Origin: Candidatus Latescibacterota bacterium
GTDB lineage: Bacteria > Latescibacterota > UBA2968 > UBA8231
Length of the DNA: 64,000 nucleotides
Direction: 5' to 3'
NCBI GenBank assembly: GCA_965223905.1
Contig: CBDCXV010000011.1
Coordinates: 512,001 to 576,000, forward strand
Part shown: positions 10,525-18,854 of the stretch, piece by piece
Position numbering within the stretch: the stretch's first letter is position 1
Layout: the number at the start of each line of letters is the position of its first letter
Position numbers and translations under genes: made by a program
Notes under the pieces: generated by a model
Told to the model about the DNA's origin: nothing
Database searches by the model: none
What the model saw: only the letters and a program-made list of their open reading frames with translations

Positions 10525-11523
10525 ATGAACCGACCCCCGGAAGAATTCAGACGCATCGCCGAGAAAGACCTGCTCATCCTCGCGACCGCCAGCCTGCAGC
10601 ATGCGGGCATGCCGGGAAACCAGGCCTCGCTGCTGGCCCGCTGCCTCGTCAACTCCGATCTGCGCGGGGTGCGCTCCCACGGGACCCGCGCCCTCGGCGG
10701 CTACTGCGGCTCGCTGCGGGGCGGAGCCGTCAACACCGACCCCGAGATTCGCGTCCTCAAGGAGACGGACGTGGCGATCCACATCGACGGGGGCGGCGGC
10801 CTCGGGTACTCGCCGATGATGATGGCTACCGAGGGGGCCGTCCGGAAGGCCCGCGCCAAGGGGATCGCCGTCGGAGCCGCCTGCAACATCGGCCACTACG
10901 GCTCCGCCGGGCACTACGTGCGCCGCGCCATGGAGGAGGGCTGCACCGCCTTCTCGGTGCAGGGGTCCTACCCGCAGTACTACGAGTCGAACGAGGGGAA
11001 GCGGGCGATGTACTACGGCAACCCGCCCCTCAGCTTCGGCCTGCCGAGCGCCTCGGAGCCCCCGGTCGTCCTCGACTGCGCCACCTGCATCATGGCCGAC
11101 AACTGGCGGGGACCGGAGTACGAGGCGCTGGAAACCCTGATTCCGGCGGCGTTCTTCAAGTCGATGGGGTACACCGCGGTCGCCTCCGCCCTCGGGGGGG
11201 TCTTCGTCGGCCTCGCCGACGAGGCCTGCCAAGAGACGAAGCGCAAATATCCCGCGGCTAGGCTCGGGGGCATGGTCTGGGTGATGGACATCGGCCTCTT
11301 CTGCCCGCCTGACGATTTCCGGCACGGCATCGACGAGATGGTCCGCCTCGCCCGCGAGCAGATGATTCCGCTGCAGGGATACGACGAGACGAACCTGCCG
11401 GGGGCGGTCGAGGACCGCCTGGAAAAGGATCAGCGGGAGAGCGGCATCCGCATCGGCACGGAGGATGCCGCGCGCCTCGACGAGCTGGCCGAGGAGACCG
11501 GGATCGCGATCGACTGGATGTAG
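10525..11523 (+). CDS. Ldh_2 (type 2 malate/L-lactate dehydrogenase) family oxidoreductase
   Basis: SDLRGVRSHG, IDGGGGLG, NIGHYGSAG, GNPPLSFG, VLDCAT. Confidence 0.9.
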   Translation: MNRPPEEFRRIAEKDLLILATASLQHAGMPGNQASLLARCLVNSDLRGVRSHGTRALGGYCGSLRGGAVNTDPEIRVLKETDVAIHIDGGGGLGYSPMMMATEGAVRKARAKGIAVGAACNIGHYGSAGHYVRRAMEEGCTAFSVQGSYPQYYESNEGKRAMYYGNPPLSFGLPSASEPPVVLDCATCIMADNWRGPEYEALETLIPAAFFKSMGYTAVASALGGVFVGLADEACQETKRKYPAARLGGMVWVMDIGLFCPPDDFRHGIDEMVRLAREQMIPLQGYDETNLPGAVEDRLEKDQRESGIRIGTEDAARLDELAEETGIAIDWM

Positions 11524-11608
11524 CTGTCGGTCCGGAAGTCTCGAAAAACCCTTTTTCCAATATCCAGAGGCCGTTTCGAGAATCAACCAGTCCGAACGGC
11601 ATGGACCC

Positions 11609-11775
11609 CTATCTCAACAAGGTCATTTTTTGCAAGAGAGCTGGTCTCCTGCGGTAAGGCGGTAGAAGTAGACGCCGGCGGCCACCGGGCGACCCTGCTC
11701 GTCGCGTCCCTCCCAGTCCACCTCGTGTATCCCGGCGTTCAGGGGGCGGCTCGGTACCTAGGCATGTCCGGAGTG
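11609..11775 (-). pseudogene. Relic 3' end of a secreted protein with FlgD/T9SS type-A-like CTD
   Basis: Minus-strand translation NAGIHEVDWEGRDEQGRPVAAGVYFYRLTAGD, then a frameshift to KMTLLR-stop. Confidence 0.7.
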
Positions 11776-11802
11776 TGAATGATCTTTCAAGGAATCCTTT
11801 TG

Positions 11803-12083
11803 TTTTCGAGCCAGAATGTTGTGTGCGGCCTTTCCGATGTAGACCGGGACCTCCGAACGGATGTTTCGGGCCAAACCGTAGTGGTCTTGGTGGGGATTGC
11901 GAGATCACGACCCCCAGCAAGCTGTCATCCGGCTCCCGAAAACCGGAAACCTGAGGCAGCAGGCCCTCTTCCTCCAGCGCGTCCAAGGGCAGGCCCACGT
12001 CGAGCACGATGCGCTTACCCTGCGCCTCCATCTCGATACAGGTGCCCCGATTTCCTTGGTCCCCCTGTGAATGCAAACCCCAT
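11803..12083 (-). pseudogene. MBL-fold metallohydrolase (RNase J-like) N-terminal relic
   Basis: Pieces in different frames: CIHRGTKEIG, TCIEMEAQGKRIVLDVGLPL, PHQDHYGLARNIRSEVPVYIG. Confidence 0.75.
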
Positions 12084-12223
12084 ATTTGGTTACCCGGGGG
12101 GTACCTGAAATGTGAGGAAATCTTCACACTCCCGCGCTCTGCCCAACCCAGTCATAGAGCAAGTCCCCGGAATACAACGGACGCGAGCACGGGTGGTCCG
12201 CCCATTGCTGTGGGACCGGCACC

Positions 12224-13666
12224 ATGCCGGCCACACCTGTCCGCCCACCCGCGTACCGCCGCCGCGAACCGGAAAAGGAGCCCCTCTACCGGATCCTCGC
12301 CGGGCATCTGGAAACTTTTCTCCAGCACACCCGAACGTCCGAGCACCGACTGCCGCTCCACGTCGAGAAAGAGATGCGCGCCTACCTCGAATGCGGCGTT
12401 CTGGCTTGCGGGTTCGTGCGGGCCCGTTGTGAGGACTGCGGGGCGAGCCGGGCGGTTGCCTTCTCCTGCAAGAAGCGGGGATTCTGCCCCTCCTGCAGCG
12501 GCCGCCGCATGGCCGATACGGCGGCGCGCCTGGTCGACGACGTGCTGCCCCGGGTGCCGGTGCGCCAGTGGGTGCTCAGCTTTCCGTACGAGATTCGCTA
12601 CCGCCTCGCCTACGACGGCGAGTGGGTCTCGAGGGTACTGGGGGTATTTCTGCGCGTGGTGGGCCGCTGGTATCGACGCCAGGCGCAGGCCCTGGGCTAT
12701 GACAGCGGGCGCTGCGGCTCGGTAACCTTCGTCCAGAGATTCGGTTCCTCCTTGAACCTCAATCCTCATCTGCACGTGCTCCTGCTCGACGGGGTTTATG
12801 TCGATGGGGACGAAGCTCGGGTTTTCGTAGCGGCCCCGCCGTTGTCCGACCCAGACGTGCAGCAGATCGTGCAGACGAGTGCGCGCCGCATCATCCGCCT
12901 GTGCACGAAAGGCGGCCTGCTCGACGCCACTCAAGCCGATCGGCTCGCCGACGAGGAGCCCGTGCTGGCCGCCCTGACGGCGGCCTCGGTGGGTGGGATC
13001 ATCGCCACCGGGGCACGCGCAGGTCAGCGCTTGCGACGCGCCCTCAAAGATCCGGCCACCGGGGTGCGTACGGCGCCCTTGTGCGTTGCTTCGCGCGGCT
13101 TTTCCCTGCATGCGGCAACGCGGATCGCGGGCCCTGACCGGCAGGGGCTCGAACGCTTGTGCCGCTATGTGGCCCGGCCGGCCCTGGCCTCGGGGCGCCT
13201 GCGCATCCTCGATTCGCAGCGGCTTTCCTTCGCGCTCAAAACGCCGTGGTCGGATGGCACCAGCCATCTCCTGCTCTCGCCGATGGAACTGCTTGAGAAG
13301 CTGGCGGCTCTGGTCCCCCCGCCCCGGTTTCATCTCCTGCGTTACCACGGGGTCCTGGCCCCCCGGGCCCGGGACCGCGGCCGCATCGTGCCCGCCAAAC
13401 CAGGTGAGGAGTCGACGGCGGCGGACCGCGATTCGAGCGCTCCGCCCTGCGCCCATCGCCTGGGCTGGGCGGCCCTGCTCGCCCGCGTGTTTTCTGCCGA
13501 CCTCAGCGAATGCGCAGCCTGTGGCGGTGGCCTGAGAATCATCGCCGCCCTGACCGATCCCGCCTCGGTCCGGACCTATCTGGAGGGGGTAGGGCTGCCG
13601 GCACGGCCTCCGGCAATGGCCCCGCCGAGGGCCCCGCCGCAGCCGCAGTTCGAGTTCGCCGCCTGA
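12224..13666 (+). mobile_element. IS91/ISCR-type rolling-circle HUH transposase, intact ORF
   Basis: Zn-binding CEDC..SCKKRGFCPSC, RQWVLSFP, HUH motif NPHLHVL, GFSLHA, LERLCRYVARP, HLLRYHGVLAP, C-terminal CAACGG. Confidence 0.93.
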
Positions 13667-13876
13667 CCTGCCTTCTCGACCCGCCTCCGGCGCCGGCCGT
13701 ACGGGGGGTGTGCCCTCAACGGTCCCTCAGGCCCCGGATTGATCCTGATACGGGCCGACAGGAAACAAAACCGAACTGCGAGCTCTGTCGAAGGACCTGC
13801 AAACGATCCTCAGGAACCTGCCGGACCCTTACGGTGCGTTCAGCGCCTTGGCCAAGAGTCCAAAAAGGTGCCTTGG

Positions 13877-14349
13877 GGGTATCCATTTAACCGGACCGCG
13901 TCAAGGCCTCAATCTGGCGTTTAGCCGACCTCCACGGCCGGTTCGCTCGCGGGCGCTCCAGGCTCGTGGGATGACCACGCCGTTTAGGCGGCACGGGTGG
14001 CACCTTCTTCGGCCGTGGGCTGGCGATGAGATCCTGATAACGCATCGGCTCGTTGGGCGACAGCCAGTTCGAGCACTCGGTAGAAGACCCTGCCACGGCT
14101 CCGGGAGCGGCGGCGGTTGAAGCGGAACACGAACTCGTCGAGATAGCTGACCAGATGGGCGTCGTCGACGGAGCCCTGGTGAGTCCCCAGGAGCCAACGC
14201 TTGGCCAGCGAGGCAACCCGATGCACGGCGGGCAAGAGCTTGACGGGATCGTCGCCACGAGCGCGAGCCGCGCCTTGGCTTCGCCGATCATGTACGTAGC
14301 CGAGTTGCGCCAGTCCCTGATAAGGCGGCCACCCGTCGGTGACGATCGC
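13877..14349 (-). mobile_element. IS1595-family (ISXo2-like DDE) fragment: transposase 3' part and element end
   Basis: IVTDGWPPY...HRVASLAKRWLLGTHQGSV...YLDEFVFRFNRR; putative terminus GTCCGGTTAAATGGATACCC (minus strand) at 13877-13896. Confidence 0.85.
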
Positions 14350-14886
14350 GAAGGGCTTGCAGATTCGGAGCCGCCAGGTACAGATAGTTGTTCGTCTTCT
14401 CCAGCATCAACGGCTTGTCCCAATCCACCTCATCGCGCTCCAGGCCGAGGGCAGCTGCGACATCGGCCAGCTCGTACTCCGTGGGCACGAGGTCGATATC
14501 CGGACAATCCAGGACGATGCCGGGAGCGGGCGCGGCCTGGAAGTCGAGGTGTGTCTTCAGGACACCGGCGTTGGTCTCGACGGAGAGTGCCTGTCGACCG
14601 TCTGCGCCGATGCCGAACAGCCCGTGCGTGGCGATGGTGTGCAGGGCGCCGACGGTCGCGTGGCCGCAGAACTTGATCTCGTCGCCCGGGGGCGTGAAGA
14701 ACCTGAGCTTGACGTCGGCCTGCTGGCTGGGCAGCAGGAACACGGACTCGGAGAGATTCATCTCGCGGGCGATCCTGCGCATCTCGTCGTCGTCCAGCGC
14801 TTCGCGTCGCGGACGACGGCCGTCGGATTGCCGCCGAACAGCTCGGTCGTGAATGCGTCGACCTGGTGTACTTGCAGCGTTTTCAC
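14350..14886 (-). pseudogene. PhzF-family isomerase, frameshifted and 3'-truncated
   Basis: QVDAFTTELFGGNPTAVV, frameshift, then IAREMNLSESVF..LRFFTP..KFCGHAT; ends at the IS1595 fragment. Confidence 0.85.
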
Positions 14887-15206
14887 AGCGGATCTGCGCA
14901 AAGGATTGCTCGGATCTGTCAGTGTCATGTTCCGGTGACGGGTGCGGACGCCAGAGCCCGCATGTAATTGTTGGACACGACATCGATAAACGCTACTTAT
15001 TTATCCTATACTCTTCGTGGGGGCAAGGGAGACAATCGACACCCGCCTACCTCGTACAGGGCGATATCGACGACATGGCTGTCTGCGGACGTGCCCGATG
15101 CTCCGGTTCGGCTGAACCCCTCGGATTCGGCACGGATTCCACGTGGCCGCGGGGATGAAAACAATTTGCACAGCACCTCATCTGGGATATATGTTGCGCC
15201 ACGCCG

Positions 15207-15326
15207 GACGACGACGTCTGGGACGTCGTATGGGCGGCACAACTCTCGAACAGATCCGACTATCTGGGGTATCTGGTGACCTTGACCTTACAGACCTTTA
15301 TCACGATTATCGCCGGTCTGGAGTAA
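15207..15326 (+). pseudogene. 3' relic of a paralog of the 18855-21599 gene
   Basis: DDDVWDVVWAAQLSNRSDYLGYLVTL/TLQTFITIIAGLE-stop aligns to 21423-21599 with an in-frame 57 bp gap. Confidence 0.85.
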
Positions 15327-15431
15327 CCGATGCCACATGTCAAACCGTCAGAAAGGAGGTCAAGGGTAGAGTCGTGTGGCTCATCATCGCGAACCATTTC
15401 TTAACATTCTTTACACGTTGTGAGGATATCC

Positions 15432-16397
15432 ATGAAAGCAAAGTATCTGCTCGTAGCAGCGATGGGCCTCATGCTGGGGTTATCGACCAGCGCCTCGGCC
15501 CATTCTGCTGTTCAATCGACGGACGTTTTCGCCGCGGCGTTCCCTGCGGGCACTGAGCCCGTGGTCGATGGTGATCTGGGTGAGTGGGACTGGATCAGAG
15601 AGACCAGTCTCAGAGACGTCTACACCCTTTCCGCTCAGGATTTCAACTACCAGGCCCGGGGTGGAAACCCGGACGGTATCGCGGAAGATTTCTTTCCAGC
15701 CGGTGACAACACCAATCTCGAGGACTTCAACTTCAACATAACCCTGGGCTACGGTCCGGGAACCAATCTCCTGTACCTGGGGATTGAGATCTTCGACAAC
15801 GACCACGTGCGCTGGGCGACCCCGGATCAGTTGTGGCAAGAGGACGGCTTCAACATGTGGATGGATCCCGACCACGATGATGAGTTCGGCGGCACCAGTG
15901 TTCCCCCTCGACCCTTTCAGGAGATTCTCTTTGCTCCCCAAAAGCTGGATGGAGAGAATGCGTTGATCGAGTCCGATGGCAACTCCTGGCAGGTTGCTCA
16001 CGATGAGCTCATTTGCGCCGACCCGGGCAGCTGTCACGACAATCGGGTATTCGACGTTGCCTTCACTAACGACGGTCCGGAGTTCGGAGAAACCACCACC
16101 TTCATCGAAGCGTGGGTCGAACTCTACAACTACCTGGATCCTGACGAGTCATTGCATGCCTCAGACAGCGACCCCCACATCATGAACCCGGAAGGCGTGA
16201 TCGGATTCAACATCTATTTCCAGGACATGGACACGATAGATGGCGAAATCGCCTACACCAACCGTTACTTCAATACCGAGAATACCGGTGACCCAAACGG
16301 GTTCGGGGATGTATTCCTGGCGCCGCTCGAGGCGGACGCCCCGACGGCCGTCGAATCGACGACCTGGGGTCGAATCAAGGCGGCGAATGTCAACTGA
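15432..16397 (+). CDS. Secreted CBM9/DOMON-like protein with C-terminal WGRIK tail (copy 1)
   Basis: Signal peptide ending ASA-H; VDGDLGEW, LYLGIEIFD, EDGFNMWMD, IGFNIYFQD; ends TAVESTTWGRIKAANVN. Confidence 0.8.
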   Translation: MKAKYLLVAAMGLMLGLSTSASAHSAVQSTDVFAAAFPAGTEPVVDGDLGEWDWIRETSLRDVYTLSAQDFNYQARGGNPDGIAEDFFPAGDNTNLEDFNFNITLGYGPGTNLLYLGIEIFDNDHVRWATPDQLWQEDGFNMWMDPDHDDEFGGTSVPPRPFQEILFAPQKLDGENALIESDGNSWQVAHDELICADPGSCHDNRVFDVAFTNDGPEFGETTTFIEAWVELYNYLDPDESLHASDSDPHIMNPEGVIGFNIYFQDMDTIDGEIAYTNRYFNTENTGDPNGFGDVFLAPLEADAPTAVESTTWGRIKAANVN

Positions 16398-16498
16398 AGA
16401 GTCCATGGCGAGATGACCGGGCGGCAACGCATTTCACACCGTGCGGCGCCACGGGATTCTGCCTAGACTCAAAACTGCAACAAGGACATTCACGGTCT

Positions 16499-16532
16499 GG
16501 AGGAGAGAGGGTCGCCCGATCCTCCCTCCTCC
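16499..16532 (+). terminator. GC-rich stem-loop after the WGRIK gene (terminator or mRNA-stabilising hairpin); second copy 22781-22814
   Basis: GGAGGAGAGAGGGTC...GATCCTC(C/T)CTCCTCC inverted repeat; no strong U-tract. Confidence 0.45.
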
Positions 16533-16580
16533 GTCTTGCTGGCACTTCCAGCTGCTTCGAAGTTCGCGTACCGAAATCAG

Positions 16581-16609
16581 TTGGATTAGCGGATGTTTTT
16601 CATTATAAT
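16581..16609 (+). promoter_or_regulatory. Candidate sigma70 promoter
   Basis: TTGGAT-N17-TATAAT about 120 bp upstream of the 16731 start, in an AT-rich spacer. Confidence 0.45.
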
Positions 16610-16730
16610 GGCAGGATGCTTTTCTCTGTCCTTGTATTTCAGCCAGGATTAAGACACGGTAGCGCCCCCATTAACCGGCTGGGTTGGTGGGTTGGGTTGT
16701 TCGCGGGCGGTCGTTTCGATTCGAGAGCAT

Positions 16731-18836
16731 ATGATGGGATCGCGCCGATGTGATGGCCCTGGGGTCCCGCGGCGGGCGCGCGCCAGCACGGTCCGTCGTA
16801 GGCGCTGTAGTGCGCTGCTCTCAAGGTGCGACGGCACTTTTCGCGGCCTCGCGCTGGTTGGCCTGTGCTGCTTCATACCCAAAGCTGCGGACAGCTTTGA
16901 AACCATCGTCGTCGGCGGTGGCTCTGATCCCTGGCAGGAGGGCGGCGACGGCATCGATCCGGAATTCTGGATCGCCCCCCAGGAGGTCGAGGTCGCCAAC
17001 TCCGTGGGCGGAGCCATAGACTTCACCTCCCTCCCCGGCTCGATCCTTCCAGCTTTCATCGACACGACGGAGAATCTCGCGCTCGGAGCGCTGGCCCGCG
17101 GCGGATCCATCAAAGCGCCCAACGTGCTGGAGCAGAGCCGCACCGAGTTGCAGAGGATTCTCGGCGACATCATCGATGGCAGTCCCGGCAAGGCGTTCGA
17201 GCGCAAGAGCACTGATACGCAGCACGTAAACCCCAACGGGATATTCATCGTCCTCGACCTCGGAGGGCGTTTTGGGGTGAACCGAATCCGCTTCTACCCG
17301 CGCAATACGATCCTCGAGAACCCGGGCACACCCTTTCACTTCGATTACCTCCGCGGCTATGAACTCAGCACCAACGATGGATCAGCGGCCACGACTACGG
17401 AAGCCGGGGATCCCGTTTTCGCAGTCCTTCATCGGGAGGATCAGAACAAGGATGCCGTAGTCGATTTCCGCTTCGATCTGCAATTCGTCCGCTATCTCGA
17501 GTTGAAGTCGGTGACGACGGTGGGGTTCGAAATCGATGAACTGGAGGTCTTCGGCAAGGGGTTCGTGCCCGAGGCGGTATTCCTGTCGGACGTCATCGAT
17601 CTCCGCAGGCCCGCACTGTTGGATGCGATCCGGTGGTCGGAAGAGGCGATCGGGGACTCAGCGTTATCCCGATTGCTGATGAGAACCAGGGTGGGCGATG
17701 ACGCCACCCCCCTGGTCTACACCAGGATCATTGAGGGCCTGGGCACGGAGACGCCGCTCTCGGCAAGAACGGGCGAGCCCCTCACCTTGGAGGAGTACGA
17801 CGAGCTCGGAGTGGCGGCAAAAGGACCGGTGAAACCCGACGCCGAAAACTGGAGCCCCTGGTCAGCACCCTACCCCGAGGACGCGGGTAGTGGAACGCAG
17901 ATCGCTTACTCCAGGCCCCGCCGATTCGTCCAGTTCGAGGCTTCGATCCGCAGCAGCCTTGCGGCCACCCGCTCTCTGAGCCTGGTGGAAATGGATTACA
18001 CCATCACTCCTCTGGCTGCCGCTCTAACCGCGGAGATCTTTCCGCGCTCGGTCGAGCCGGCGGTGCCGACACCGTTTACCTACGCCGTGCGAGCCGACTT
18101 GTCTCGCGGCGTGAACTCCGGCTTCGACCGCTTGGTGATTGCCACACCGGAAGCCGTCACTCGGGTGGACAGGATCGAGTTGCGCGACGCAGACGGCATG
18201 GTGGTGGCAGGGCAGGATTTCGGTGATTTTCTGGCCGCGGCGCACCTGCCGTTGCGCCGCGGCGAATTCGGCATAGAGGAACTGCACCGCGATCGTCTGC
18301 ACATCAGTTTTCCGAAGATCACCGTCGACCAGACCCTGCTGCAGGTACAGTTCCACAGCAGCGTATTCCGTCACAGCACCCCGTTCGTGGGACAAGCGTT
18401 GAACAGCGAGCTCCCGGAAGCGAGGCAGCCACTGGAGCCGGGCAATGCAACGGTGTTGGCCGCAGACGATTTGGACAGCTCGTCCGGTCTGGCGGTGGAG
18501 ACCGTCCTGGGAAACCGGTTGATCGCCGCTCTGGTTGCCACACCCAATCCCTTCACTCCAGATGGAGACGGGATCAACGAGGTGACGACGATCTCCTACG
18601 GTATCCTCAAGCTGGATCTCGGCAGGCAGGTGCAGGTAGTCATTTTCGATCTTTCCGGACGCCCCGTGCGTTCGCTCTACGACGGCAACGACAGCAGCGG
18701 AGAGTACCGGTGGGCCTGGGATGGAACGGATGACAGGGGCAAGCTCCTCGTCCCGGGGACTTACCTGTTTCGCGTGTCGGTGGAGGGAGACCTCGAGCAC
18801 CAGCGCGCCGTCGGGGTCATCAATATGGTGTATTGA
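16731..18836 (+). CDS. Secreted protein: discoidin-like domain, WSxWS domain, FlgD-Ig/type-B T9SS-like CTD
   Basis: VLDLGGRFGVNRIRFYP, EIDELEVFGKGF, NWSPWS, PNPFTPDGDGINE..IFDLSGRPV..WDGTDDRGK..PGTYL; ends MVY; start uncertain. Confidence 0.8.
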   Translation: MMGSRRCDGPGVPRRARASTVRRRRCSALLSRCDGTFRGLALVGLCCFIPKAADSFETIVVGGGSDPWQEGGDGIDPEFWIAPQEVEVANSVGGAIDFTSLPGSILPAFIDTTENLALGALARGGSIKAPNVLEQSRTELQRILGDIIDGSPGKAFERKSTDTQHVNPNGIFIVLDLGGRFGVNRIRFYPRNTILENPGTPFHFDYLRGYELSTNDGSAATTTEAGDPVFAVLHREDQNKDAVVDFRFDLQFVRYLELKSVTTVGFEIDELEVFGKGFVPEAVFLSDVIDLRRPALLDAIRWSEEAIGDSALSRLLMRTRVGDDATPLVYTRIIEGLGTETPLSARTGEPLTLEEYDELGVAAKGPVKPDAENWSPWSAPYPEDAGSGTQIAYSRPRRFVQFEASIRSSLAATRSLSLVEMDYTITPLAAALTAEIFPRSVEPAVPTPFTYAVRADLSRGVNSGFDRLVIATPEAVTRVDRIELRDADGMVVAGQDFGDFLAAAHLPLRRGEFGIEELHRDRLHISFPKITVDQTLLQVQFHSSVFRHSTPFVGQALNSELPEARQPLEPGNATVLAADDLDSSSGLAVETVLGNRLIAALVATPNPFTPDGDGINEVTTISYGILKLDLGRQVQVVIFDLSGRPVRSLYDGNDSSGEYRWAWDGTDDRGKLLVPGTYLFRVSVEGDLEHQRAVGVINMVY

Positions 18837-18854
18837 GTTTCTCCCGGCCGATCT

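Larger units (their letters stand above)
15432..16562. repeat. Direct repeat, copy A (gene plus about 165 bp downstream); partner 21715-22844
   Basis: Collinear 966-nt ORFs and near-identical 3' flank ending GCTTCGAAG. Confidence 0.95.
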
